A DNA stretch of 64,000 nucleotides, from contig JBHGNT010000012.1 of the NCBI GenBank assembly GCA_043228905.1, positions 4,340,001 through 4,404,000 of the forward strand, in the 5' to 3' direction. The notes under the pieces were generated by a model. It saw nothing but the letters and a program-made list of their open reading frames with translations. It ran no database searches and was not told where the DNA came from. The DNA is from Azolla caroliniana. Lineage: Eukaryota > Plantae > Polypodiophyta. The position numbers and the translations under genes are program-made. Of this stretch, positions 38,024 to 48,467 are shown piece by piece. The first letter of the stretch is position 1. Every line of letters starts with the position of its first letter.

Positions 38024-41000
38024 AAAACTGTGTTAAATCTTAGGGCCGGACAATGGCCTAACACAGGGTGTCTACGGAAGACACTTCACCAAAGGGGTGT
38101 TACGGCAACAGGATTAGACTCAAGGATTAATCCGACTTAATTAGGTTACTTAGCATGATCGTCTTTAATAATCACATGCGTAAGATATAACAATGAATGC
38201 AGAACGGCAATTAACACAGAGAGATAACAACACTAAGCTTTATTAATTAACCGCTGTTCATTACATTGTATCCGGGCCTCTAAATAGGTTTCCGGTCTGT
38301 ATTACAAAACGGTGCCATCCGCACTTGTTCGGGATCAAGCCGGATCTAGAACGGCATACCGATTCCGGTCCGTCCGTCCACCCTCATAGCTTACTTACAA
38401 CCATTCCTACCAATTAAATAACTCCCCGTTTCACACTCTGGACTCCATTGCCGGCCGGTAACCGTCCCGACCTCTCCGTCGGACTCTCCCCCCTTTGTTG
38501 CCGTCATTCTGCACCGGATCCATGCTCCAACATCGTCATCCGCTTCGATCTCCAACTCCTCACCGTCACCCGCCATCTCTTCGGTCTTATGTTGGTACTC
38601 AGGCACAACTACCATAGCCTCCGACATTGGTGTCGAGGGGTCTCGCCACTGTCCGGTCCAATCTTCCTCCTTCGCCTTGTCTTCGTCTTGGTTGCCCGCC
38701 TTGCCGTTGCCACCGTTCGTCTCTCCAGTCTCGTGTGGGCCCTCATGGCTGACCGCCAAAATCTCAAGAACTAGTGTGAGTAAGGTGTTGAGCAATCATT
38801 GCGGAATTTAAATCACAATGAACAGACAATGCTGAAATACGAATCACAGAAAGACAAGAAAGACAGCTATGCACAGAGATTTACGTGGAAACCCTAAAAC
38901 GGGGAAAACCACGGGAACAGAACTTCACTATAGACAGTGGATATACAATACAGAGAGGATTACAACACTCTTGCGAGTGGATCAGCCGCACAGGGCTCTT
39001 CGCGTCTGCTATTGCTCACACAGCTATGGTGCGGCTCACGCTTCTCTTTGTCTCTCTCTCTGCACACGCTTCCACAGTTCACTCACTTTCACCTTCTTCT
39101 ATTTTTCATCACTAATCTTAAAGTTTTCCCTAGTTGCATATATATACTTACACAACTTTTTGGCTATTTACAAACCTAGTCCCTCATCAACTCGGCTCCT
39201 CTCTCTCCCCATCCAGAGAGACCTGTTTCCTAACATCATCATTATTATTACCATAATAATAATAATAGTCGAATTCTCAAACAATTGACTCACTATTTTC
39301 GACTCTTCGACTGTCGGCTTTCCGAACAGTCGGTTCTTCCTTCCACTGGAGGGAAATATTTCCAACAAACTCCCCCTTCACTCCTGTGGGAGGAAATCTG
39401 TTAGTTCTGTATTTTGTTGACAGACTTTGAGTTTGTCCATATGTAGGTTCTTTGTCAGCATGTCGGATCCATTGTCGTCAGTATGGATCTTTACGAGAGA
39501 AAACTCTCCTTCTTCGACTCTTTCTCTCAACCAATGATACCTTCTTTGTATGTGCTTGGTCTGAGAGTGGTATGTTGCATTCTTGGCTAGATGTATGGCA
39601 CTTTGGCTATCACAATGAAGCAAGAACTCCTTTTGCTTCATGCCTAGCTCGGTGAAAAAACTCTTCATCCAGATGAACTCTTTTCCGACCTCTACTGCTG
39701 CCATATACTCTGCCTTTGTAGTAGACAAAGCTACAAACTTCTGCAGTCGTGATTGCCATGACACAACTCCCCTTGCATAAGTCATCACGTACCCTGACGT
39801 GGATCGACTAGAGTCGACATCTCCTGATATGTCCGAATCGGTAAAACCTCAGGTACTTGAAAGGCACTTGCAGTATTCCTCGAACTGCCCTCTGTACTTG
39901 CCACCATTGTCGGTTCAGACAACCTTCAACTTCTGACCTGACTCTCTTTCGGTCCTTGCCTAGAACTCCTTGAAAACCGATAGTACTTGATCCTTCGTCT
40001 TCAGTACGAAGGCCCATGTCTTCCGACTATGGTCATCAATGAATATCACGAAGTACTGTCCACCTCGATGCGATGGAGCATCTACATAGCACACATCTGT
40101 GTGCACTAGTTTCAGTGCAGCTTCTCTTCTTCTTGGTGGTCTTGTGTGGAATGCTGCCTTGTTCTGCTTTCCGGCTAAGCAATCGACAGACTTCTCTAGG
40201 TGCACACCCTTGACTTCTGGTAGAAGTTTTTGGTCGGCTAGCAGGTGCATTTCCTTCCCACTCATGTGGCCTAGCCTCCTATGCCATATTTCCCTTGCCG
40301 AGTCGGCTGCCACATTTACTTCTGATTTGCACAGTCGGGCATGCATCATATACAATGTGCCTTCTTTCTGTGCTCGGGCCACTATGAGGCTTCCTCGACA
40401 GAACTTCCACTTGCCATTCCGAAAGCTACCACTATAGCCTTCGTCGTCAAGCCTTCCGGTCGATATTTGATTCAATATGATATCGGGGACGTGCCGAACA
40501 TCCTTTAGAGTCAGTCAACACCCTCGTTGTCAAGCTGACACTTCCGACTCCGGTTATCTTGCACTCTCCACTATCACCCATCTTTACATAGCCATGATCC
40601 CCGACTATGTAAGTTGAAAAATACTCTCTCGACAGAGTAATATGGAAAGATGCGCCGGAGTCGATCACCCAAGTGCGTTCTTCACTTGCAAGTTTTGCAC
40701 TTGTCTGCTCACAAATGAACAGGAGTTCTTCATTGCTCGTAGCAATGGCCGAAGTGTTCGTCTCATCAGGAATCTTCTTGGGTTCGACATTGTTTCCGAC
40801 ACTGTTGTCTCTTCTCATGTGTCGGCAGTCCTTCCGGAAGTGTCCAGGTTTTCCATAATAAAAGCACACCGGCTTACCTCTGGACCTTGATCTAGTGTGG
40901 GATTTGTCCGTTCGTTGCGGACTTCTTCTTCGCCGGTCCCTTCCTCTGTTCGTGTGTTGAGTAAGATTCGACTCCGATTGGGACAGGATTCCTTTGTCTT

Positions 41001-41147
41001 TCCTCCTTGCCTCCTCATTTAGGATGCTTGTCTTCACCGTCTGTAGAGACAAGTTCTCTTCTTGATAGGAGGTGCTGAGAGTAACCACCAGGTTCTCCTA
41101 GCTGTCTGGCAGTGTGCACATCAACAGGATGGCCTGCATTGTGTCAT

Positions 41148-41218
41148 GAGATGGCAAGACTCGAACCCATGACCTTATGGTATATGGGTCGAGCTCTTAA
41201 CCATCTCACCATCTATTG
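41148..41218 (-). ncRNA. Antisense tRNA-derived cassette at the start of the chromovirus LTR (second copy 46385-46455)
   Basis: A-box-like TGGTGAGATGG (41211-41201) and B box GGTTCGAGTCT (41167-41157), starts 44 nt apart; AGGTC variable-loop-like motif. Confidence 0.55.
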
Positions 41219-41573
41219 TAATTCATAGAATATTATTTTCATTTATGTTTTATTATAAGAAAGTAATGTATATTCCAGATTTCTCTGGAACATTCTAGAA
41301 GCTTCAGGATTATTCCTGAGAACACTATAAAAGAAGGCACTAAGCATTATGTTGAACCAAATTGGTTCAACACCAGTCTTAAGCCTCTTAGTCGATTTGT
41401 ACTTATCTTTCATATAATATAAGAGCTGCTGTCATCATCCTATTTTCTCTCTCTCTCTCCTCTTCTCACTTCCTCTCTCTCGGGAATCTTACGCAGTCCC
41501 GTCCTCTTAGTACTAATAGTACTACTCTTCTTAGTACTAATTCCATCTCTGTTTTAGTACTATTCCTGACAGT

Positions 41574-41585
41574 TTGAACCAATTT
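41574..41585 (+). promoter_or_regulatory. Self-priming PBS complementary to the predicted transcript 5' end
   Basis: TTGAACCAATTT is the exact reverse complement of LTR 41359-41370, which starts 33 nt after TATAAAA (41326). Confidence 0.8.
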
Positions 41586-41640
41586 TTTCCTCTAGCCTAC
41601 TTGTCACTCTCCCTCATCCTCCTACCCTTTCCCCTATACT

Positions 41641-42798
41641 ATGGCTACTGTTAGCGCCCAAGAATACCAATCCGTTTTCTCCGAGCTACAGTGCCTAAAA
41701 GAAAAGTTTGTTGCCTTGGAACAAGAAAACCAACGGCTGATAGGGGATCTGCAACAAATCGCTCTAGAAAAACAACAAACGCAACAACAACATGGGGAGT
41801 TAGCGTTACGGGTACAACAACTCGAAGCAGCGTTGCAACAACAAGGATCCAGTCCCCAAGGATTTCATAAAGAGCCCAAGATTGGACTTCCTGTGAAATT
41901 TGATGGAACGCGTTCGCAATTTCGGGGATTCCTTAATCAGGTACGCTTAGTCATCCAGATGCATCCTTCCCGATATCCCACTGATGCATCTCGAGTCGGC
42001 CTAATAGGCACGCTACTTAGCGGCTCAGCCTTGGCATGGTTCGCTCCGCTTCTAGAAAAACAATTGCCCTTGCTTAATAACTTTGAAGATTTTATTGGTG
42101 AGTTTAAAGCCTGCTTTGGAGACACCGACAGCATCAGGACGGCGATCAACAAGATCCGGCGATTGCGTCAAGGCGATCGTCCAGCCTCTGCCTACGCGGC
42201 GGATTTCCGCCTACTTGCTTCAGATATACCCTGGGATGATCAAGCACTAATGGAGCAGTTTCGCTATGGCTTGCGAAACGATGTCAAAGATCTACTTCTA
42301 ACTTTCCCCGAAGAACCAAAGTCTCTTACGGAGGCAATCAGTCGAGCAGTTCGATGTGACAACCGCCTTTTTGAACGGCGTTCAGAACGTCAATTACAGA
42401 TACCACGCTCTAGGCCAGAGCCCACTTACGCCGCAGTCGCGGCTAAACCGTTTGCACGAGACATACCTCAAGCAAATACTTCGACACCGATGGAGATCGA
42501 TACCATGCGTCGACGCGGCCCATTATCGGAAGAAGAAAAGCAACGACGACGTGCCAATCGATTATGCCTTTATTGCGGTGGACCAGGACATATCGCCATC
42601 AATTGTCCCCATAGGCCAAGAAGACAGGTAAATCAAATTGTCGCCTGTACTAAACCTGAGTCAATTCTTCCCTTCGGAGTGTCTGATAGTAGTAATAGTA
42701 CTAATAGAGTGTCAGATAGTATTCATAGTACTAATAGCCCAAGTATCTCAAATAAATTTGAAATCCTTAGTCAATTAGATGAAGAGTTAAACGATTGA
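41641..42798 (+). CDS. gag: Chromovirus Gag (PEG10/sushi-type; N-terminal coiled coil, CCHC zinc knuckle)
   Basis: 385-aa ORF with PVKFDGTR..FLNQ, LLSGSALAW, LRQG, PMEID, CLYCGGPGHIAINC. Confidence 0.96.
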   Translation: MATVSAQEYQSVFSELQCLKEKFVALEQENQRLIGDLQQIALEKQQTQQQHGELALRVQQLEAALQQQGSSPQGFHKEPKIGLPVKFDGTRSQFRGFLNQVRLVIQMHPSRYPTDASRVGLIGTLLSGSALAWFAPLLEKQLPLLNNFEDFIGEFKACFGDTDSIRTAINKIRRLRQGDRPASAYAADFRLLASDIPWDDQALMEQFRYGLRNDVKDLLLTFPEEPKSLTEAISRAVRCDNRLFERRSERQLQIPRSRPEPTYAAVAAKPFARDIPQANTSTPMEIDTMRRRGPLSEEEKQRRRANRLCLYCGGPGHIAINCPHRPRRQVNQIVACTKPESILPFGVSDSSNSTNRVSDSIHSTNSPSISNKFEILSQLDEELND

Positions 42799-45700
42799 GT
42801 CCAGCCAAAATAGGAGCCATTTGGTTGGACAGCAGCCCTAGATCTGTACAGCCCATTAGTGGTTCCATTCCTTCCAAGCAAGTTAGCAATGTGTTCCTAG
42901 CCCAAGTCATTGTTAGTACTAAAAGTACTCCCCCAGTACCCGTCCTAGCACTTTTAGATTCCGGAGCTAATTCCTGTTTCATGGATCGAAATTTTGCCCA
43001 AGCTTCTCAGATATCCTTAAGAAAACTTCCTTGTCCCGCATCTGTAGTGGTCATTGATGGTCGTCCCATTGCTTCCGGGAATATTGTAGAAGAATCAGAA
43101 CCCATTCAAGTTGTCCTAGGTAGTTTTGTGTGTATAATATCATTTAATATAATTAGTAGTCCAGAGCATCCCATTGTCCTAGGATTACCTTGGCTTGAGT
43201 TACATAATCCAGCCATAGATTGGAGAACAAGAGAAGTCCGATATCGACCACCCCAAGAATCAACTCGCCGAGTTTCGACCATTTCACTCCATCAACTACG
43301 CGAAGAAGGACCCAAGGAGGCAATGTTCCTATTTTCCATATCAGTACATCCTTCCAGCACTACTAAGAAGGACTCCTCAGTACAACTTCCGGCAAAATAT
43401 CATCCTTATGCCGATGTATTTGACAAGGTAAAAGCCGGTACCCTTCCTCATCACCGTCCCTATGACTGTCCCATCGATTTACAACCAGGAACCGAGCCAC
43501 CATGGGGACCAATTTACAACCTGTCACCCACCGAGTTAGAAGTCCTTCGAGCCTACATAGAGGAGAACTTGGCAAGCGGGTTCATCCGTCATTCGAAATC
43601 TCCGGCCGGTGCACCCATCTTCTTTGTCAAGAAGAAAGATGGCTCACTTCGTCTTGTCGTTGATTACCGCGGATTAAATAAAGTCACCATCCGGAATAGG
43701 TATGCACTTCCTCTTATATCAAGTCTTTTAGAGCGAGTTAATGGTGCCAAGTTTTTTACTAAAATCGACCTACGCGGAGCGTATAATCTCGTGCGGATCC
43801 GACCGGGAGATGAGTGGAAGACCGCTTTTCGCACGCGGTATGGGCATTTTGAGTATACTGTTATGCCGTTTGGCCTAACCAATGCACCCGCAGTCTTCCA
43901 ACACATGGCAAATGATATATTCAGAGACCTCTTGGATATCTGTTTGATCATTTATCTGGATGATCTGTTGATTTATTCGAAGACCCAGGAAGACCACGAC
44001 TCTCATGTACTATTAGTACTAAAGCGACTCCGCGAGAATGGTCTTTATGCCAAGCTAGAAAAATGTAGCTTTGACTGCAAGCAAGTGGAATTTCTAGGCT
44101 ACGTCATCTCCTCAAAGGGCATCGCCATGGATCCAGCTAAGATCCAAACTGTACTAGAGTGGCAAATTCCACGGTCGGTACGAGATGTACAATGTTTTCT
44201 AGGTTTTGCTAACTTCTACCGTAAGTTTATACAGGATTACTCGAAGATTATTTTACCTCTCACACAACTTACAAAGAAGGGCCAAGCATTTCTTTGGTCC
44301 ATTGAAGCAGATATGGCTTTTCGGCATCTTAAGAAAGCCTTTACATCAGCACCGATTCTAGCTCATGTGGATACAAGCAAACCATTCATCATGGAGGCCG
44401 ACGCATCAGATTTCGCCCTCGGTAGCATCCTTTCTCAACAAGGTGATAAAGAAGAGTTGCATCCGGTGGCTTTCCATTCGCGCAAATTCGATGTCGCAGA
44501 AATCAACTACGAAATACATGACAAGGAGTTATTAGCCATCGTGGATTCATTTGTACAATGGCGGCATTTCTTAGAGGGCTCTCCACATCAGGTCATTGTC
44601 TTCAGTGATCATAAAAATCTTGCTTATTTTCAGAACGCTCGTGTACTAAATCGACGGCAAGCTCGGTGGGCGCAATTCCTCACGCGTTTCGACTTCAAAA
44701 TCACATATCGACCGGGGAAGCAGCAAGGAAAAGCAGATGCACTATCACGACGTTCATATCTTGCACCTCGTCCTGGTGAAGCAACATTTGATAATCAAAA
44801 GCAAGTAATCTTGGGACCAACACGATTGCACACGACGCGGATTTTTCACACCCCGATGGATTCACGGATTACCGATGACATACGTGCAACCTTGAAGACG
44901 GATAGTTTTGCTCAAGACATCCTGGCGCACATTGATACTTCTCGGGCATCCTGTTCTCAGTCTCAACAACCAGGTATTGACTACCGACAATTCGAATATC
45001 ATGATGGTTTGTTATTCTTTAAAAAGCGCGTATATGTCCCCGATTGCTCCTGTCGCCTTCAAATTGTCCAACATTGTCACGACACCCATACGGCGGGACA
45101 TTTCGGTAGTACTAAGACGTTGGAGCTAGTGCAGCGATCTTTTTGGTGGCCCCACATGCGCCGTTTTGTCGACGACTACGTTCGGACCTGTGATGCTTGC
45201 TGCCGAGCAAAGATGCCACGACACCGTCCATATGGCTTGTTGGAACCTTTACCAATTCCAAGTAAGCCATGGCAGTCTATTTGTCTTGATTTTATCACAG
45301 ATCTGCCGGTCTCGAAAGGGTTCGATGCTATCCTAACCGTCGTCGATCGATATACGAAGATGGCACATTTTGTGCCATGTACTAAAGCCATCACTAGCGA
45401 GGAAACCGCCGCTCTTGTTATGCGTGAGGTTTTTCGGCATCATGGCCTCCCAGACAGTATTATCAGTGACCGAGGCCCGCAATTTGTCTCCAAATTTTGG
45501 CAGCATCTCTTCAAGATGCTCAAGGTCTCCTGCAACCTCTCCTCCGGCTACCATCCTCAGACCGACGGACAGGCGGAACGAACAAACCAAACGCTGGAGC
45601 AATATCTCCGGTGTTTCCTGAGTTATCAACAGGACGATTGGGCCGAGATTCTCCACTTTGCGGAGTTTGCGTATAATAATGCTATTCACTCCTCGACTCG

Positions 45701-46367
45701 GGTCTCCCCATTTTTCGCTTATACCGGTTTCCATCCTCGCTGGTCGGTGATCGACACTCCGGAGCTACCTACCAACCCTCGTGCCGAGGATCATTTGGAG
45801 AGGCTACGCAAGATCCAGATGGATCTCTCTACGCACCTTCGTCATGCTCAACACACACAGAAGACTTATGCGGATCGTCATCGGATTCCCTCCTCTTTTG
45901 CCATCGGAGATCGAGTATGGCTCTTACGTCGTCACATCAAGACTACTCGACCGTGCGACAAGTTGGATTATCGACGACTCGGTCCTTTCCGTATTACGGG
46001 GAAGATTAATGATGTCACCTTCCGCCTTGATCTCCCTCCGCAGCTTCAGATACATCCGGTTTTCCATTGTTCTCTTCTTGAACCTTATAAAGCAAACACC
46101 ATTCCCGATCGTGTGACACCACCGCCGCCCCCACTGGAGTTGGACGCCGGCCCGGAGTATGAAGTTGCTGCCATCCTCGATTCCAAACTTGTTCGCAACA
46201 AACTCTATTACTTGGTCGATTGGCTCGGTTATAGTCCGAGCGAACGTACTTGGGAACCCGTCGAAAATGTTGCCAATGCACAAGATCTTCTTGCTGATTT
46301 CCACCGAAAGTATCCGGACAAACCCGGTCCGCAAGTAGCGCTGACTCGTTCCACTCGTCGTCTTTAA
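42795..46367 (+). CDS. pol: Chromovirus Pol (PR-RT-RH-INT-chromodomain), probably expressed by -1 frameshift from gag
   Basis: 1190-codon ORF: LLDSGA, VDYRGLN, IYLDDLL, EADASD, ISDRGPQF, GPF module, chromodomain EYEVAAILD..YLVDWLGY..TWEP. Confidence 0.97.
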   Translation: MSPAKIGAIWLDSSPRSVQPISGSIPSKQVSNVFLAQVIVSTKSTPPVPVLALLDSGANSCFMDRNFAQASQISLRKLPCPASVVVIDGRPIASGNIVEESEPIQVVLGSFVCIISFNIISSPEHPIVLGLPWLELHNPAIDWRTREVRYRPPQESTRRVSTISLHQLREEGPKEAMFLFSISVHPSSTTKKDSSVQLPAKYHPYADVFDKVKAGTLPHHRPYDCPIDLQPGTEPPWGPIYNLSPTELEVLRAYIEENLASGFIRHSKSPAGAPIFFVKKKDGSLRLVVDYRGLNKVTIRNRYALPLISSLLERVNGAKFFTKIDLRGAYNLVRIRPGDEWKTAFRTRYGHFEYTVMPFGLTNAPAVFQHMANDIFRDLLDICLIIYLDDLLIYSKTQEDHDSHVLLVLKRLRENGLYAKLEKCSFDCKQVEFLGYVISSKGIAMDPAKIQTVLEWQIPRSVRDVQCFLGFANFYRKFIQDYSKIILPLTQLTKKGQAFLWSIEADMAFRHLKKAFTSAPILAHVDTSKPFIMEADASDFALGSILSQQGDKEELHPVAFHSRKFDVAEINYEIHDKELLAIVDSFVQWRHFLEGSPHQVIVFSDHKNLAYFQNARVLNRRQARWAQFLTRFDFKITYRPGKQQGKADALSRRSYLAPRPGEATFDNQKQVILGPTRLHTTRIFHTPMDSRITDDIRATLKTDSFAQDILAHIDTSRASCSQSQQPGIDYRQFEYHDGLLFFKKRVYVPDCSCRLQIVQHCHDTHTAGHFGSTKTLELVQRSFWWPHMRRFVDDYVRTCDACCRAKMPRHRPYGLLEPLPIPSKPWQSICLDFITDLPVSKGFDAILTVVDRYTKMAHFVPCTKAITSEETAALVMREVFRHHGLPDSIISDRGPQFVSKFWQHLFKMLKVSCNLSSGYHPQTDGQAERTNQTLEQYLRCFLSYQQDDWAEILHFAEFAYNNAIHSSTRVSPFFAYTGFHPRWSVIDTPELPTNPRAEDHLERLRKIQMDLSTHLRHAQHTQKTYADRHRIPSSFAIGDRVWLLRRHIKTTRPCDKLDYRRLGPFRITGKINDVTFRLDLPPQLQIHPVFHCSLLEPYKANTIPDRVTPPPPPLELDAGPEYEVAAILDSKLVRNKLYYLVDWLGYSPSERTWEPVENVANAQDLLADFHRKYPDKPGPQVALTRSTRRL

Positions 46368-48467
46368 GGGGGAGATAGTGTCATGAGATGGCAAGACTCG
46401 AACCCATGACCTTATGGTATATGGGTCGAGCTCTTAACCATCTCACCATCTATTGTAATTCATAGAATATTATTTTCATTTATGTTTTATTATAAGAAAG
46501 TAATGTATATTCCAGATTTCTCTGGAACATTCTAGAAGCTTCAGGATTATTCCTGAGAACACTATAAAAGAAGGCACTAAGCATTATGTTGAACCAAATT
46601 GGTTCAACACCAGTCTTAAGCCTCTTAGTCGATTTGTACTTATCTTTCATATAATATAAGAGCTGCTGTCATCATCCTATTTTCTCTCTCTCTCTCCTCT
46701 TCTCACTTCCTCTCTCTCGGGAATCTTACGCAGTCCCGTCCTCTTAGTACTAATAGTACTACTCTTCTTAGTACTAATTCCATCTCTGTTTTAGTACTAT
46801 TCCTGACACATTGCATCATCTAGGGGGAACTTAGTTGCAACAAGTTGATTTACATACCCCATAAACGTGTTGATGTGTTCGACAATGCTCTCACCGTCTC
46901 TGTATTTCAGCCGTACGATTTTTCTCATCAGTGAGGTTTTATTGAGCGCGTTCTTCCTCTCATACAGACTCGACAGCTTCTGCCACATCTCGTGGGCATT
47001 TGTGTCGTTCGCCACATGCTGAAGGACACTTACATCGACACATTGTCAGATAGTGGCCACCGCCTTTCTATTCAGAAGCTTCCAGTCCGACTCCAATACC
47101 CCCTGGGTATTTTTGCTCTGTCAACTGGCTCGAACAGATCTTTAACTATGAGAAAGTATTCCATCTTGATCTTCCAGTTTGCATAGTTGTGTGAGTTCAG
47201 AACTATCATACCTGGGAAGCCTCTCACACCTCCTTCGATGCTTGCACCTCAAGCTCTGATACTAGATTGTTGAGCAATTGTTGCGGAATTTAAATCACAA
47301 TGAACAGACAATGCTGAAATACGAATTATAGAAAGACAAGAAAGACAGCTATGCATAGAGATTTACGTGGAAACCCTAAAACGGGGAAAACCACGGGAAC
47401 AGAACTTCACTATAGACAGTGGATATACAATACAGAGAGGATTACAACACTCTTGCGAGTGGATCAGCCGCACAGGGCTCTTCGCGTCTGCTATTGCTCA
47501 CACAGCTATGGTGCGGCTCACGCTTCTCTTTGTCTCTCTCTCTGCACACGCTTCCACAGTTCACTCACTTTCACCTTCTTCTATTTTTCATCACTAATCT
47601 TAAAGTTTTCCCTAGTTGCATATATATACTTACACAACTTTTTGGCTATTTACAAACCTAGTCCCTCATCAACTCGGCTCCTCTCTCTCCCCATCCAGAG
47701 AGACCTGTTTCCTAACATCATCATTATTATTACCATAATAATAATAATAGTCGAATTCTCAAACAATTGACTCACTATTTTCGACTCTTCGACTGTCGGC
47801 TTTCCGAACAGTCGGCTCTTCCTTCCACTGGAGGGAAATATTTCCAACACAAGGTCCCGGTACCACCGCTTGTCATGTCTGTAGCCACCTCCATGCGGAT
47901 GTCGTTGTCTGTGGCTACCCTGTCCCCAATCGCGCAAGCCTCGATTATGCTTGCTTCCTCCCCACTCGATGTTTTGGGCAACCGTGTCCTGAAACTTCCG
48001 CCCACTCTCGAAGTGGCGCTCCCCGCTCCGTAGTCTCCGGCCTTCTCCTCGGCTGTCCCTTTTCCACAAGACGAAAGGGTCGCTCACTCCGCACCCTCTC
48101 CCATATCACCATCGTATGCTCTTTCAGACTCCACATAGGCCCCGTCCTCCATGCGTAGGGAGGCGTCTTCCTCCGCGTCCTCCGATCCTCTTGGACCCGA
48201 TTCCTTAATAAACCCCTCTTGGGCTTTGATCTTTGATTTCACGATCTCGTACGCCTCCCATATCAATGCTTCTAGGTCGAACTCCTCCGAACCATTATGC
48301 GTTGAGCTCTCTTTCGGCGATAGTGCATAGTCACTCACCCCCCCTCTCTTCTCCGTTGCTTGTGGGCCGTGTTGTGGCCGACCGCTTCTCATCGTGTTGC
48401 CGGCATACCCACTCCACTTCGGACCAATCGTCGGTGAGGCCGTGTGCTGCATGATAATCTTCAAGCT

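Larger units (their letters stand above)
28625..38463 (-). mobile_element. Gypsy G: Athila-like non-chromovirus Ty3/gypsy with a 3' extra ORF and two opposed PBSs
   Basis: 433-bp LTRs at 28625-29057 and 38031-38463 (terminal base mutated); TSD GTCCC; gag-PR-RT-RH-INT order on minus. Confidence 0.95.
41142..46808 (+). mobile_element. Intact chromovirus (Tcn1/sushi-like Ty3/gypsy), very recent insertion
   Basis: 430-bp LTRs at 41142-41571 and 46379-46808, identical by eye; TSD CATTG; PPT AAGGGGGAGA; two uninterrupted ORFs. Confidence 0.97.
38786..47849 (-). mobile_element. Copia H, internally deleted (lacks most of INT and all of RT); host of the Tcn1-like element
   Basis: 582-bp LTRs at 38786-39367 and 47268-47849; TSD TAAGG/CAAGG; PBS TAGTATCAGAGC at 47253-47264; PPT GAAGGGGGAG; gag at 47240-46814 and 41141-40500; INT N-terminus; RNase H at 39850-39378. 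Confidence 0.94.

Noticed and set aside
28625-38463. Gypsy G as an ordinary plus-strand element with one PBS and inverted coding region
   Set aside because: There is no PPT before the right LTR on plus, gag starts right after the minus-strand PBS, and element I shows the same two-site layout.
38869-39288. Identical 139-aa ORF here and at 47351-47770
   Set aside because: It lies within the two LTRs of Copia H; the duplication reflects LTR identity, not a gene.
20304-41218. The two tRNA-like segments as functional tRNA genes
   Set aside because: Acceptor and anticodon stems do not form a proper cloverleaf; kept only as tRNA-derived cassettes.
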